In this document: positions 36,701-46,900 of the stretch, piece by piece
Layout: each line of letters begins with the position of its first letter
Position numbering within the stretch: position 1 is the stretch's first letter
Source: a virus
Taxonomy: Duplodnaviria; Caudoviricetes
Strand: one strand, 5' to 3'
DNA length: 60,482 bases
Virus record (IMG/VR): IMGVR_UViG_3300042401_001867
Coordinates: 1-60,482 of that record
Translations under genes and position numbers: made by a program
Notes under the pieces: generated by a model
The model's input: the letters and a program-made list of their open reading frames with translations, nothing else
What the model was told of the DNA's origin: nothing
Database searches by the model: none

Positions 36701-39700
36701 TTGGTTTAACTTTTCCAAGTATTTGCTTTTCCCCAAGCGAACGAGGACCGAGGTCGCTCGATATGACAGAAGTGTCGGTGACGAGGTAGGCAGAACCCCT
36801 AAGGGTCCTCATCCATCTATCCAGGAATTCCCTATCCTTGACATCGTCATACTGTGGGCGTTGGCGCAACTTAGCCTCTACTTCGGTTCTGTATGTTGCA
36901 ATATCTTTCGGAATAACCGAGCCAGCATTTCTACCAAAGTAACCATCCGTATTGACGGGTTCAGATGCCGGATAAGCACTGACAAAACCAAATTTTCCCG
37001 CGCCTTGTACCGCTTCAAGGGTCTGCTCGTTGTTCTTTATTTGTGGTTTAAGTGACTCTAACTCAGAGTTTATCTTAGACAATGCCCCAGCGCTGCTCAT
37101 CCGGGTTATGTCGTATGCAATTCCTTCCTTAAATCCGACCGCACCCAGACTGGTTGTATCGACGTCCAGCAATTTATTGAGAAACGCTGCTTCAAGCGCG
37201 TCTTTCGGTGTGTAGGTTTTTTCGCCTTCGTTGAAGGACTTCAGTATTGATTCGGAAGACGTCAATGACTCCTTCAGTCTGTCGTTATCTCTTTTTAGAT
37301 TGGATATTTGGTTTTGATTTAACGCACCCGTATTTCCAACCCCGCCCACGGCACCCAACTCCTCGCCACCAGTGGTCTTGGATGGGTCCAATACACCTCC
37401 ATCAAGTTCTGATTGACCGACATGTACAACAGAACTCCCATAATCTTCTGGCGCTAGCTGTTCGTACTCATCAAGGAGAAGCTGAAAATCATCCGGAGTG
37501 ATGTCTTCAATATCTAGCGTATTTTGTTGCGCACGAACTTCTTTTGTTTTTGCAAGATGTTCAGCAAGAACAATTTCTTTTTTAGACCTATCGAGTTTTT
37601 CTTCTGCCAAATTCACCAAAAACTCTACACTTCCAAATCTTTTTTCTATTTCTTCTTTGGTTATGTTTACTGGTGGTGTATCTGCATCGAACTTTCCGAT
37701 ATCCCTTTTCCAATCAGGATGGTTGGTTATAACCACCCCAAATTCTTCGCCCCTCCATTCCCCAGTTCTTTCTAGAACATCAAGTGCTTTCTCTAGATTA
37801 GCAACTCTTTCCTTGGCTTTAACGGAGCGTTCTTGCAGTTCCGCGAGATTCGACTCAGCAGTGGGGAATGTCTGAGGAGAGTCGCTTCTTTTTCCGGAAG
37901 AAAGACCAGGAGAGGAACGCCTAGTCGCTGGATTAAGCCTTCTCTCAAGTCTTCTTCCAATTGCTCCACTCTCTAGAACGATGTCATCTGTTTCGGTTGG
38001 TAGCAGTTCTCCATCGTTGGCAAACTTCGTAAGTTGACTCTCAGTCATTCTGACACGAGGACGCTTGTCTACACCGGCATGGAATTCCGAAGCAGCGTCT
38101 TCGATATCTTTAATCAATGCTTCAGGTGACTTTCTTGCTATTTCGTTAGCAACGGCAGGGTCTAGAGAGTCCCTTGACATGTCGTTCGTTACCTCGGTAG
38201 GGCTCTCGCCAGCAAGAATCTTCTTTAGGTCACCCATCGCGATTTGCGCCCTACTTGTTCTAACTTCTTTTCTTTGCTCGCGTGTCTGCGGAATACCAAG
38301 AACCTCGCGCCCTGAAGTCGGGTCGGACGAGGAACCTGATGAAGTCTTGTAAGGAGCTTTCTTCTTTGAGCCAGACTTATGGTCAGGGTCAAAGTCCGCA
38401 GGTTTTGGGAGGCTCGAAATGTTTTCGCCACGCTTAGCAAGCTCTTCATCAATCGACCTTAGCGTCGCCCTGTCTTGTCCTTGAAATCCTCTCGGGTCAT
38501 TCGCGTAGTCTGGGTCAAGGAGGCTTCTGTACACAGCAGCTCTCCTGTTAACCAACTCATCGACAGTCATGTTGCTCTTAAGCTTCGCCATTGCGCGACC
38601 AGTTTTAGGGTCAACTTCGTCCGGCTTGATGTCTGCCTCGTCTGGCTGGATGAGGGGAGTCTTAACCAACTCTGCGACATAATCCTCGGACGGTGGCTCG
38701 CCAAACGAACCGCCAGCCTTAATTACTTCACGCTTTATTTCTGTATTCTTTTCTTCGATTTCCACTTCTCGTTTTGGTTTTGACCCAGTAGATGGCATGC
38801 CATTTTCTCTGCGTTTTGCAACGTATTTATTAGATACTCTGTCAATCTTCTTTTTCGTTCCCTTGGCGTTTTGGGAAGCACCAGGACCCTCTTCCCCAAT
38901 CGAGAACGAGACTCTGTCGAGCACATCAATAACGTTGTCTTGTTCCTGGACTCTGACGACAATGGTTCCGTCGGGTCTTGTGTCTACGACCCTCAACTTC
39001 CCAGGTGGGATGGTCAGCAAACCCTCTTCGCCAAGTGGAGTTTCTCGTGTTCCGAAAAGCCCTCTGTCCCCTTTCGATACCTGAACTATGACGCGGCTCT
39101 TTTCTTTTCCCTTCCTGGTCAGAATTTCGCCATTCCCATCACGCACTTCGCCCGGCTTATGGGGAGATTCTTCGCTAATTATTCTTCCCGTTAGCAAGCC
39201 AGGGTTGTCGAGGTTTTCTTCAATAAGTTTAAATCCGTTTTTGACATCAAAAAACATTTCTGCTTCTATCTCCATGTCGTCCGGAATACTTGACTCATCC
39301 ATTGCTTCCATTACTGGAATGAGTGTGCGCTCAATTTTGTCTTCTAGCGTTGCCGATTCACTCTCTGGGGATAAGTCGCCAGCACTCCGCTGAGCCCTTC
39401 TGTATTTTCTGTTTATGTTTTTTACGGCAGAAACGCTTGAATCCGGGTCAAGAAGATTTGCGATGTCCGACTGAGCAGGGTCGCCAAGCCTCTCGACAGC
39501 TTTAATCTCATCTGCAGTCATCAAAACTGCATTTTCTTTTTGCATCTTTTTTGCATATTTGGCTGCGGCGCTATCAGATTTTACTTTCTTGGTCTTCTTT
39601 ATCGCTTGTTGTCTTGGCGGATTTACAATCTCGTCAATTCGCGTATCAAGTTCTCTTCTTTTCTTCGACCACTCTTTAGCGTCTTCAGGATTTCCGAATC

Positions 39701-42398
39701 GTGATTTATAGATTGCCCTGACTATCTTCTTGTCCTCAAGAAGCTCTGATTTCATTCCTTCGGAAATTCCTGGTTCTTTAAGCGATATTTCGATGTCGGC
39801 AAGCTTCTGTATAGCCTCGTCCGCGGTCATGCTGTCCGCTCTTTCTTTGAGGTTCTTTATATCCTGCCGACGTGCTCTTGCAGCCATCTCCTCTGGCTGG
39901 AGTAAGCCCTCGGCAAACATCGTCTGTCTAACCGACTCCCTCATCGACTTCATATCTTTTTTGCGCTTATCGCTATCAGAGCTACTAAATCTTTCCGCCC
40001 ATTTCTTTTCGATTAGCGATATGTATGCGTTTGTCTCTTTTATCTTGCGATTTATTTCCTTGAACTGTGGAGAGTCTTTGCTTTCTCCGCTAGCTTCCAG
40101 ATTGTCATATGCAGCATTGAGCGCCTCTCTTCTATATTCAAGCTCTGCAAGACTGCCAACAAAATCATCACTCGTAGTTGATTCGTCATTGGACCATTTG
40201 TCAATCTGCGATAGTCGTCCCTTATGTTCCGCTTCGAGTCTTCCCTTTACTTCCGCGATGCTGTTTCCGCTAAGTTCTGGGTCTGGTCCACGGTTTTCAT
40301 AGAAGCGAGCCTCTATGTCTCTCAACCCATCGGCGTCAGACCTTCTTCTAATATCCAGATATCTACCATCGGATATATCATCCATCCACTCAAGGGCAGA
40401 ATCTATGTCGTCTCCATAAACTAGGCCAAGGTCCCTTAGTGCCCAAAGCTCCGCTGTTGCCTCGAGGGCCCATACCTCTGCACCGTATTCTTCATTGAAA
40501 TACATCTTCGGGTAGTCGCCGGCCAGGAAGCCGACAACATCCGCACGGGAAAGTGCATTCTTGAGGGACTCAAGGTCAATCCCGTCGCTTGCTTGTTTCA
40601 TCAAACTAAAAACCATGTCGCTATTAAGTTTCTTAATGTCGTCGACGCGGACTGTTTCTCCCTTGCTGTTTAGGACACTTATAAAACCATTGGTCCTAAT
40701 CTGTCTTTCTGCCTCTCGTGAGAATGCCTGGAACTGAATGGTGTGAGCGATTTCATGCTTCATGATGTGTCTTGCAAAAGCTCTTTCCTCAACCATTGCT
40801 GCAAGCTGTTTTGAATGACCATCAACAGTCACCAGGAAATCCGTAAGTGCTTTTGCGCTCTCCGAGTCTGTTTTGCCACCAATAAAGTCTATTTTTATTC
40901 TTTCATTGGGGGCAAGACTGGGAATCATCGCTTCTTGATTATTCATTATTTCGGGAATATCAACATTGATTATGCTCATTAAGCGGTTGGTGTCTGGTGT
41001 TGTGAACCCCTCCGTTGAGGCCTCGTCCATCTCTTTGCCGTTTGGATTTTTGACTTGGAAATTTATTTTAGATATGGTCCTCATATGTTCTGGGTCCGCA
41101 ATGAAGGAGTCCAGAGATGCCTCTAGGAGCGCTCTTTCTGTTGTGTACCATCTTTCGGTATCTGCTTCAATCAGTTTTTTCTGTCTGTCTGGTGGCAGTT
41201 TCGAAAAGCCAGGTACGTGCGTGAGTCGAGCTCTCACAATCTTGTCAACATCTTCTGGTGAAAGCCTCGTGCTTGTATCTACAGTCCAGGCTCCGCTCTC
41301 CCTGAGCTTCTCAAAAACCTCGAAAACATCGTCATTGGTTTTTCTTTTTTCGTCAGTCCTTACGACACCCAACATGTCCATGAGGCTCGCAATTCCTATG
41401 TCCTGCTGTGCAAGCTTGTCTTGAGCACGAATCATTCCATCTACGAATACGCGTCCGTTTTCGGTTTTTTGTACTTCGCGCCATTTCTTAATATCTCGTA
41501 TTCTGTTCCCATCTTGGTCACGCCATACAGTGCGTCCAAGCCCTGGTATCCCGCCATTATCAAGCCACGAGACGAATTCGAATAACTTTTTTGTAGAGTT
41601 TTTGACTTTAGCGTCACCGTCTAGGTCTATTCCACTAGCCATCCGTTTGGCAAAGTCGAGTATCTCCGAAGCGGACACCCCGAAACAGTTTGTTCCAGTA
41701 CTATCGGTAAATTGGTTTGCGGCTGGAGTTCCTGGGGGACATCTAAATTTTCCATTTTCATCGACCATTATTCCGAAAGCGCTTGCCGCCCGTGCCAGCA
41801 AAGACCTGCCTCGCTGGCCGATAGTTCTTCCCGGAAGTCTCTTTACCTGGTAGTCGGTCGATTCACTTTTCGTACCCCCACTGAGACTGAACGGGTCAAG
41901 CAATTGCTCTGACTCTGGAATTATCTCGTCTGTTTTTTTATTTACTTTATATTTTCTTATTCGTAGTTGAGGTTTTTTTGCAAGTTCTTTTGCGTACTCG
42001 TCTGCCGTTAGGGATGGCTGCTTATCAATCCATCCGAAGTTTGGTTCCTTGATTGCAGATTTTCTAGATTTGATAGATGGGAATAACTTGAGGACTTTGC
42101 CGTCCTCCCACTTCTGGTTTGGGTCGTAGCTATAACCATTTGGTAGTTCGACCATACCTGGAGTACCGCCAGAATTTGTTCTCTTTTTTCCGTCCGTATC
42201 TTTGTACGTTTCGCTTCCAGAAGCAGACTCAAGTGCCTTGATTGAGAGACCGACGTTTAGTGTTGGTCTAGATATTGATTCATGTACAGCACTCTTGAAC
42301 GCAATTGCAGCGTCGTTCAAGTCCCTCTTACTTGCAAGAGGAGATATCAACCTCTCGGATGTTATCGTACGTGTTTTGAAGAACGGCTCACCCGTCAT
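33708..42398 (-). CDS. giant (~2900 aa) multi-domain, polyvalent-type head-operon protein
   Basis: Uninterrupted ORF; FRCPPG..FTD, HEIAH zincin motif, degenerate ART-like region, GNAT motif (VPEDYHRRGHGRLML), DUF3626-like C terminus; four [LF]SSG linkers. Confidence 0.85.
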   Translation of the reverse strand: MTGEPFFKTRTITSERLISPLASKRDLNDAAIAFKSAVHESISRPTLNVGLSIKALESASGSETYKDTDGKKRTNSGGTPGMVELPNGYSYDPNQKWEDGKVLKLFPSIKSRKSAIKEPNFGWIDKQPSLTADEYAKELAKKPQLRIRKYKVNKKTDEIIPESEQLLDPFSLSGGTKSESTDYQVKRLPGRTIGQRGRSLLARAASAFGIMVDENGKFRCPPGTPAANQFTDSTGTNCFGVSASEILDFAKRMASGIDLDGDAKVKNSTKKLFEFVSWLDNGGIPGLGRTVWRDQDGNRIRDIKKWREVQKTENGRVFVDGMIRAQDKLAQQDIGIASLMDMLGVVRTDEKRKTNDDVFEVFEKLRESGAWTVDTSTRLSPEDVDKIVRARLTHVPGFSKLPPDRQKKLIEADTERWYTTERALLEASLDSFIADPEHMRTISKINFQVKNPNGKEMDEASTEGFTTPDTNRLMSIINVDIPEIMNNQEAMIPSLAPNERIKIDFIGGKTDSESAKALTDFLVTVDGHSKQLAAMVEERAFARHIMKHEIAHTIQFQAFSREAERQIRTNGFISVLNSKGETVRVDDIKKLNSDMVFSLMKQASDGIDLESLKNALSRADVVGFLAGDYPKMYFNEEYGAEVWALEATAELWALRDLGLVYGDDIDSALEWMDDISDGRYLDIRRRSDADGLRDIEARFYENRGPDPELSGNSIAEVKGRLEAEHKGRLSQIDKWSNDESTTSDDFVGSLAELEYRREALNAAYDNLEASGESKDSPQFKEINRKIKETNAYISLIEKKWAERFSSSDSDKRKKDMKSMRESVRQTMFAEGLLQPEEMAARARRQDIKNLKERADSMTADEAIQKLADIEISLKEPGISEGMKSELLEDKKIVRAIYKSRFGNPEDAKEWSKKRRELDTRIDEIVNPPRQQAIKKTKKVKSDSAAAKYAKKMQKENAVLMTADEIKAVERLGDPAQSDIANLLDPDSSVSAVKNINRKYRRAQRSAGDLSPESESATLEDKIERTLIPVMEAMDESSIPDDMEIEAEMFFDVKNGFKLIEENLDNPGLLTGRIISEESPHKPGEVRDGNGEILTRKGKEKSRVIVQVSKGDRGLFGTRETPLGEEGLLTIPPGKLRVVDTRPDGTIVVRVQEQDNVIDVLDRVSFSIGEEGPGASQNAKGTKKKIDRVSNKYVAKRRENGMPSTGSKPKREVEIEEKNTEIKREVIKAGGSFGEPPSEDYVAELVKTPLIQPDEADIKPDEVDPKTGRAMAKLKSNMTVDELVNRRAAVYRSLLDPDYANDPRGFQGQDRATLRSIDEELAKRGENISSLPKPADFDPDHKSGSKKKAPYKTSSGSSSDPTSGREVLGIPQTREQRKEVRTSRAQIAMGDLKKILAGESPTEVTNDMSRDSLDPAVANEIARKSPEALIKDIEDAASEFHAGVDKRPRVRMTESQLTKFANDGELLPTETDDIVLESGAIGRRLERRLNPATRRSSPGLSSGKRSDSPQTFPTAESNLAELQERSVKAKERVANLEKALDVLERTGEWRGEEFGVVITNHPDWKRDIGKFDADTPPVNITKEEIEKRFGSVEFLVNLAEEKLDRSKKEIVLAEHLAKTKEVRAQQNTLDIEDITPDDFQLLLDEYEQLAPEDYGSSVVHVGQSELDGGVLDPSKTTGGEELGAVGGVGNTGALNQNQISNLKRDNDRLKESLTSSESILKSFNEGEKTYTPKDALEAAFLNKLLDVDTTSLGAVGFKEGIAYDITRMSSAGALSKINSELESLKPQIKNNEQTLEAVQGAGKFGFVSAYPASEPVNTDGYFGRNAGSVIPKDIATYRTEVEAKLRQRPQYDDVKDREFLDRWMRTLRGSAYLVTDTSVISSDLGPRSLGEKQILGKVKPIFSVSAPKGGYNPLTSEDAKRNEWGKATNALMARAIRLEREGREVTPASVLGARRGKPLSDSNSSSVKLSSGARVSLKKRKIQLQKVSDAEKYLRNLDLQIAEVDLIDSETGKEIKSPIFSVAGRPMVLVDVNGIRIPFYQSTGKGGKENPTGKWYPIFGVGKSDLIFDREFKRFIDRGGWFNKGDTYESIDNYYDVPEFKRIATILNDIDDLTKINFYDVGVVASEGETLELLKKNGSTGYASSKLPKARMSVNDDLLKVINRDLTPYSTVGDAERSGGRRWDYINSVIDRIEKNRVKLDINSVSVAVDKDKLSVSKESNRIKSRDVQLTVKDKNGDAIKVSIESELETRFDDREVQNVTVRMRSNGTQVGVLYARTDIRGELGNQDKLTISDVLVPEDYHRRGHGRLMLSLAEKYNIGSEKINHSSKLSELGELFAGGTGSDSGRLSSGARSGTSRTQRVAGIAGGRATGRVLDAVLKRSGADEDTRERVKYGMNMAGALAAGGPAGFATALAVDVSRRAGREIAERGLEEAVQRGKITQQQMDVAMQAVNRVAPNGLPDPVVDKLADAWSVASDFIDERVATDENMQRLDEFGDVIRASGSEFVTNAGEVVDSAREKIGKRFRRGKNSKSATDSFSGSDDNTYEPAKTEFDDFSDPFSSGKRAGRSADAFRGEYNSRIGISKSTPNSAKPVSGYVVHRSHNEEKKRQIAASGKGNIGSDAIFEIGDTDVVGDGLTALGEIEVILKPEVSDRTSYGRGEALQSAHRPVSMNSSDADDIADALFNADGISSKEQNTEAMLHLLGAKMDKNFSSVGASRDENGKMSPVGMVDSGARGHEPFEAQILGGFKKNEVEGIHYPYSKVSKIAESEDISDVVSQNSMKSKLEKLGFTPEEIAYFYSMSGGKPINTASMTKLKEYRTAKKIKEQYEGMGIGYVKFAHPQGINIENPRSYDKTANQNARVDEILKKAIDAEIDAELKSTLDSIRKGQQLDLVVD

Positions 42399-42414
42399 GG
42401 CGGGTCGCCCTTTC

Positions 42415-43833
42415 CTAGAGAGTATCTGTTTCTGCTTCGAGGAGCTGGAACTCAACAAGTGACTTCATAAAGTCTCCATCAAGAGTCTCATCGTCTTTCT
42501 TGCTCATTCCTTCTCCACCAGCAACCCAATTAGCAGGAATCAAATTTTCCTTGCCGAGTTCTTTTGCTCTCTTCATGATGTGCTTCTTTGTGGCGTCCTT
42601 GTCCTTTGCTCGTCCAAATGCTTGGACTGCGTTACGGAGGTCGGTCTCACTAGCAATCGGGTATGAGCCATCTGGCATTGCCGTTCCAGCTTCTGCCATT
42701 GAAGTGCGCTTGTCTTCACTGAAGGCTCTCTTCAGAGCAATTTCTGCAGCCTCTGCTTCAATGTCTTCTGATTCCTCTGGTTCGTACTTGTCGTAGCCAA
42801 GAACCTCACCGTCAAGAGCGACGAATACGTCGTATGACTTGCCATCGAATCCTTCGATTTCTACGGCGTAAGAATCTATGCCTTCAAAGTTATCTGGCTC
42901 GACAGCAACAACATGTCCGTCAATTGACTTGACTGCAATCTCTGCTGCATCGGTGAAGCTGATGAGGTTCAATTCGTCAATGGCTGCCTTTTGCTCAAAG
43001 ACACTTTCGTCAAGCTTGTGCCATCCCATAACTTCTGCTGATGTTCCATCAATGAAAACCTCAACTGCTTTTCCATCTTTTGCCTGAACATCAACAACGA
43101 ACATGTCGGCGTCTGGCGAGTAACCAGAGTCGATGACTTTTCCTTCAAACATGTCTTCGGCCATGCCTTCTGCCTCAAGCAAACCTGGCATTCCTTTTTC
43201 TGCAATGCAGCCACCTGGGCAGTCATCACAAACCGAAGTTGCACCATCATAGGACTTGCGCTCTATCGCGCAAACATAATCATGGTCACCGAAGTCTTCT
43301 GACTTAATTCCCATGGATGCGATTCTCTTCTTACGGAACTTGTCCATCATGAAATTGACCTTTTCGGCCTCTGCCATGTCCTCTTCGTCCTCGTTGTCCA
43401 TTTCGTCTTCTGTTAGTTCTTCTTCCTCTTCGTCTTCTTCAGACATTTCTTCGTCTTCTTCAGACATTTCTTCGTCTTCTTTTTTCTTAAACTTACGCAT
43501 GGCGGTGTTGATTTTCTCTTCACCCTCCATCATCTCTTCTTCTTCTTCTTCTTCTTCGGAATCCATATCTACACCCATGCCCATGCCCTTCATTGGCTTC
43601 TTTTTAGGCATCATCTCGTACATTTTTTCCATGTCTTCTTCTGACATCTCTTCATCAGCAATATCCAAATCAGTTGCTGGTACCATCTTCATCTCGACCG
43701 GCATTGCACCACACTTGCCGCACACCTTTGCGCCAGGCGTATAGCCACATGCAGATGCATCCAACCCCTTTGCGCATCTGAGCACAGCGCCTTCACTGTC
43801 GATGCCCACTGTTGTCTTGTCGTCGTAAGCCAT
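42415..43833 (-). CDS. acidic scaffold-like protein with PepSY-like repeats and C-terminal AMPDGSYPI domain
   Basis: Glu/Met-rich tract, Cys clusters, YAVEI...YDVFVALDGEVL, AMPDGSYPI...DLRNAVQAFGRA...HI.KRA. Confidence 0.7.
   Translation of the reverse strand: MAYDDKTTVGIDSEGAVLRCAKGLDASACGYTPGAKVCGKCGAMPVEMKMVPATDLDIADEEMSEEDMEKMYEMMPKKKPMKGMGMGVDMDSEEEEEEEEMMEGEEKINTAMRKFKKKEDEEMSEEDEEMSEEDEEEEELTEDEMDNEDEEDMAEAEKVNFMMDKFRKKRIASMGIKSEDFGDHDYVCAIERKSYDGATSVCDDCPGGCIAEKGMPGLLEAEGMAEDMFEGKVIDSGYSPDADMFVVDVQAKDGKAVEVFIDGTSAEVMGWHKLDESVFEQKAAIDELNLISFTDAAEIAVKSIDGHVVAVEPDNFEGIDSYAVEIEGFDGKSYDVFVALDGEVLGYDKYEPEESEDIEAEAAEIALKRAFSEDKRTSMAEAGTAMPDGSYPIASETDLRNAVQAFGRAKDKDATKKHIMKRAKELGKENLIPANWVAGGEGMSKKDDETLDGDFMKSLVEFQLLEAETDTL
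43427..43480 (-). repeat. in-frame 21-bp tandem repeat (EMSEEDE)
   Basis: TCTTCGTCTTCTTCAGACATT twice plus a partial copy. Confidence 0.8.
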
Positions 43834-43969
43834 GAAATAGAGCTCCTTGCGCCTATTGGTATACAGATGGCGCTAAAGCCAAATGTTTATCAAATTATTG
43901 TTTGTAAAAGTATAACCTACCACAGCACTGCCGTGGGAAGTATTAATAAAACGCTTTTCTAATTATCTA

Positions 43970-46900
43970 TTAACGTTGTTTTCGTGAGTTGTCGCTAAGT
44001 TGAAGAAGTCTGGTCCATTGGGCTGGAGTCAAAAATCCCTTTGATTGAAACTGGGAGAAAACACTTTGGGCGAATCCGCTCCATCTGGCATTCTCGGCCC
44101 AACCAATCAATTCGTTTTGCATTCTTGGGGTTATATTCTCTGGCGCTCCATTGTTTTTACGGCCAGAGGAAAGGCTTTCGGTAGCTTGGTTCCCAGTGTT
44201 TGAGATTCTTCTAGCTGCGCGTCTTCCGCTGCTCATTGAAGAGCCACCCTTGATTGAATCAACGGTCTCGTCAAGGCCAAACTTCTTGTTCAGTCTGTCA
44301 ACTATTTCCTTAACTTCGTCGTCGTTGTATCGAAGGGCTTTTCCAACATTTTTGCTGAACTTCACTCCTCCGTCTTTCTCAAAAGCTTTGAGTCTCGTCT
44401 GAACCTTTGTTGCTCCAATTACATCATCCAACTCAGACCCCTTGGCCTTTATACCGGCTTTGGCAATAGCGTCACTAACCTTTTTCCAAAGGTCGAACTG
44501 CTTTATCGAATTGTCGAATTCAACACCGTCCTCACCGAAAATATCTCCAGCATTTGGAATAACTCCGCTTTCGACCAACTGTTCGATTACTCCGGTTGGG
44601 ATTCCGCTCCGCTTCCATTTCTTAATCTGGTCCTCTGTGGGCGTAATTCTCTCGCCATCAACCTCGAAGGTAAGTGCTTCTGCTATTTCTGCGATGGATT
44701 TTACTCCCAGTGCGTCCGTCAGGGTGGAGAGTCCAAAACCGCCTTTGGCCGTTTCTCTAGCGACGAACTGCTCGGTCACTTCGAATCCTTCTGGCGAAAG
44801 AATACCGTACATGGCGATTCCTTCATCCATGTAATCAGCGTATTCTTCGCGGCTTAACTGATTTCCCCTTCTGTAATCGTACCAATAAGGTTTTGAATCA
44901 AAACCCCAAATCGCCTCGATAGCCGAATCTGCCGCACCAAGGTCGGCACCATTAAAAAACATTCTGTCAACAAGGGTGTTCACATCAGCCTCGGAAATAG
45001 CAGCACCTGGAGCATTGAGTTTTTCTGCTTCTGCTTTGCTTATTCCCATAAGGGCGGCAATTTCGGTAGTGTCCAGAATTTCGCCATTATCATCTTTTAA
45101 TATGAGCTTGAGCTTGCTCGCATCTAGCATCCACTTGCCATCTGGCGACCTGTCGTTGTTCTCGGAAAGTTTTCCTACCTTTATGGAAGTGGCTGCAGAT
45201 ATCTGCTCCCCTATTCTTCTTCTCTTTGTTGAATCCGGGAACTTAAATCTTCCAGAACCAAGACCACCAACATCGAACTCATCCTTGCTTGGCGCCGGCT
45301 TTTTCTTTCCTGGGATTGTTGCTGCACGCTGTCTCACACCGTCTGCGAAAGCCTGACGGTCTTCGTCAGACATTGGTCGGCGCTTTGAGCCTTGCGTTCT
45401 CTTTTTTCTCCCAGAGCTAAGTCCTGGGTCGTTTCCTGGCTTAAGGAAATCGTTGACGTTGCCTTCGACTATGTCGGAGCCAGGGAGATTTCTGGACGCG
45501 AAAACATCTTTAGGCTTTCCGGTAATATCTTCTCTATCTGGATTTACTCCGCTATTTTCAAAGTCTATCTGAGTGTCGTACAGGCTGGTCAACTCTTTTT
45601 CAAGACCATTTACGGCGTTGTAGTAAAAGTTTTTTAGACTCGAAGCAAACTCTTCAGGAGATGTGTCTTTGTCTGTGGAGTCAATAAGTTTTTTGATTTC
45701 AGCTATTTGCTCCTCATACGAGACAGGGGAGGACCTATCCTCTGCATTGTCAACACCTTCGAGTGCTTCGATGATTGATTCCGCATCTCTTTTCATCCAG
45801 TAAAGAGCATCTTCGACATCTCCGTCAGCATCTTGAATATGTCGCTCCATCGTTGATTCAAAATCAACAACTTTTCCTCTACGGTTTGGATTTGCAAAGT
45901 TACTTTCTAGCTTCGCGATGCTCTCTTTCATTTCATCGATTTCATCGTTAAGGCTGGAAAATTGCTCTTCTCTCCAACTTAGTTGGTCATGAATGGCATC
46001 TATTGCATCGTCGATGTCTGTCAATAAGTCAAAGTCTTCGTCCGATACATTCGCATACTGGTCAATCTGGAAAATGTAAGCGTCAGCAGGCACCTTCTTG
46101 CCATCGAGCAGGGAGCGAATCAAATCATTTCTCAGGGCAACAAGTCTGTCGAGAGAGTTAACTGCTTCTTGGTGGTCTTCAAGGGCGATTCTTTGAACTG
46201 AACCACCTCTACCTTCCCTGCCTAGCGTTCCGCCAAAAGCGTTTTGCACAACCATGCTCTCGTATCTGGCGTCGTCTTCAATTTCCTTACGCACTTCATC
46301 AAGTGGTCTGACTTTTCCAGAACTCAATCTGTCTGAAGTGATATTTCTGGTTCTCTGCGCAGAGGAACGAGGAGCACCCTGTGGAACACCAGGCTGTGTT
46401 GGGTTGTATGGGGCATCTGCGCCATCAATTATCCCCTCAATCTTGTGAAGACTGAAGCTTCTGTATTGACCTGACTCTTCGTCAAGACCAATGAAATAGA
46501 CCCCTCCACCCTTCTTGGCCATCATCCCGGTTGGATAAACCATCCTTGGCTTACCGTTGTAATTGAATGAAACGACTTCTCCGTTTCTGCGTATGGCGTC
46601 GAAGTCATACTTCTCCACAGAAACCATCGGAAGGTTCAGAGCGATGTATCTTGCGTTTGAGCCAGCTTCATCGGTCCTCTTTAGGGCGTCTGTCACTAAA
46701 CGAATTTCTTCAACTGGCTTGTCGTCGTATCTTGAACGAGCACCCGAGGAGAACCTACTGTTATCTCTGGACAATTCGGCCTGAATATCGTTGGCCTCGT
46801 CGGCCCAGTCTTCTGGACTCCAATCAAGGCGCGATTCGTCTATCTCGGCAATCATTCGAACATACTCTCGCCTGTCCATGCGCTCACGAGAAATTAATTT

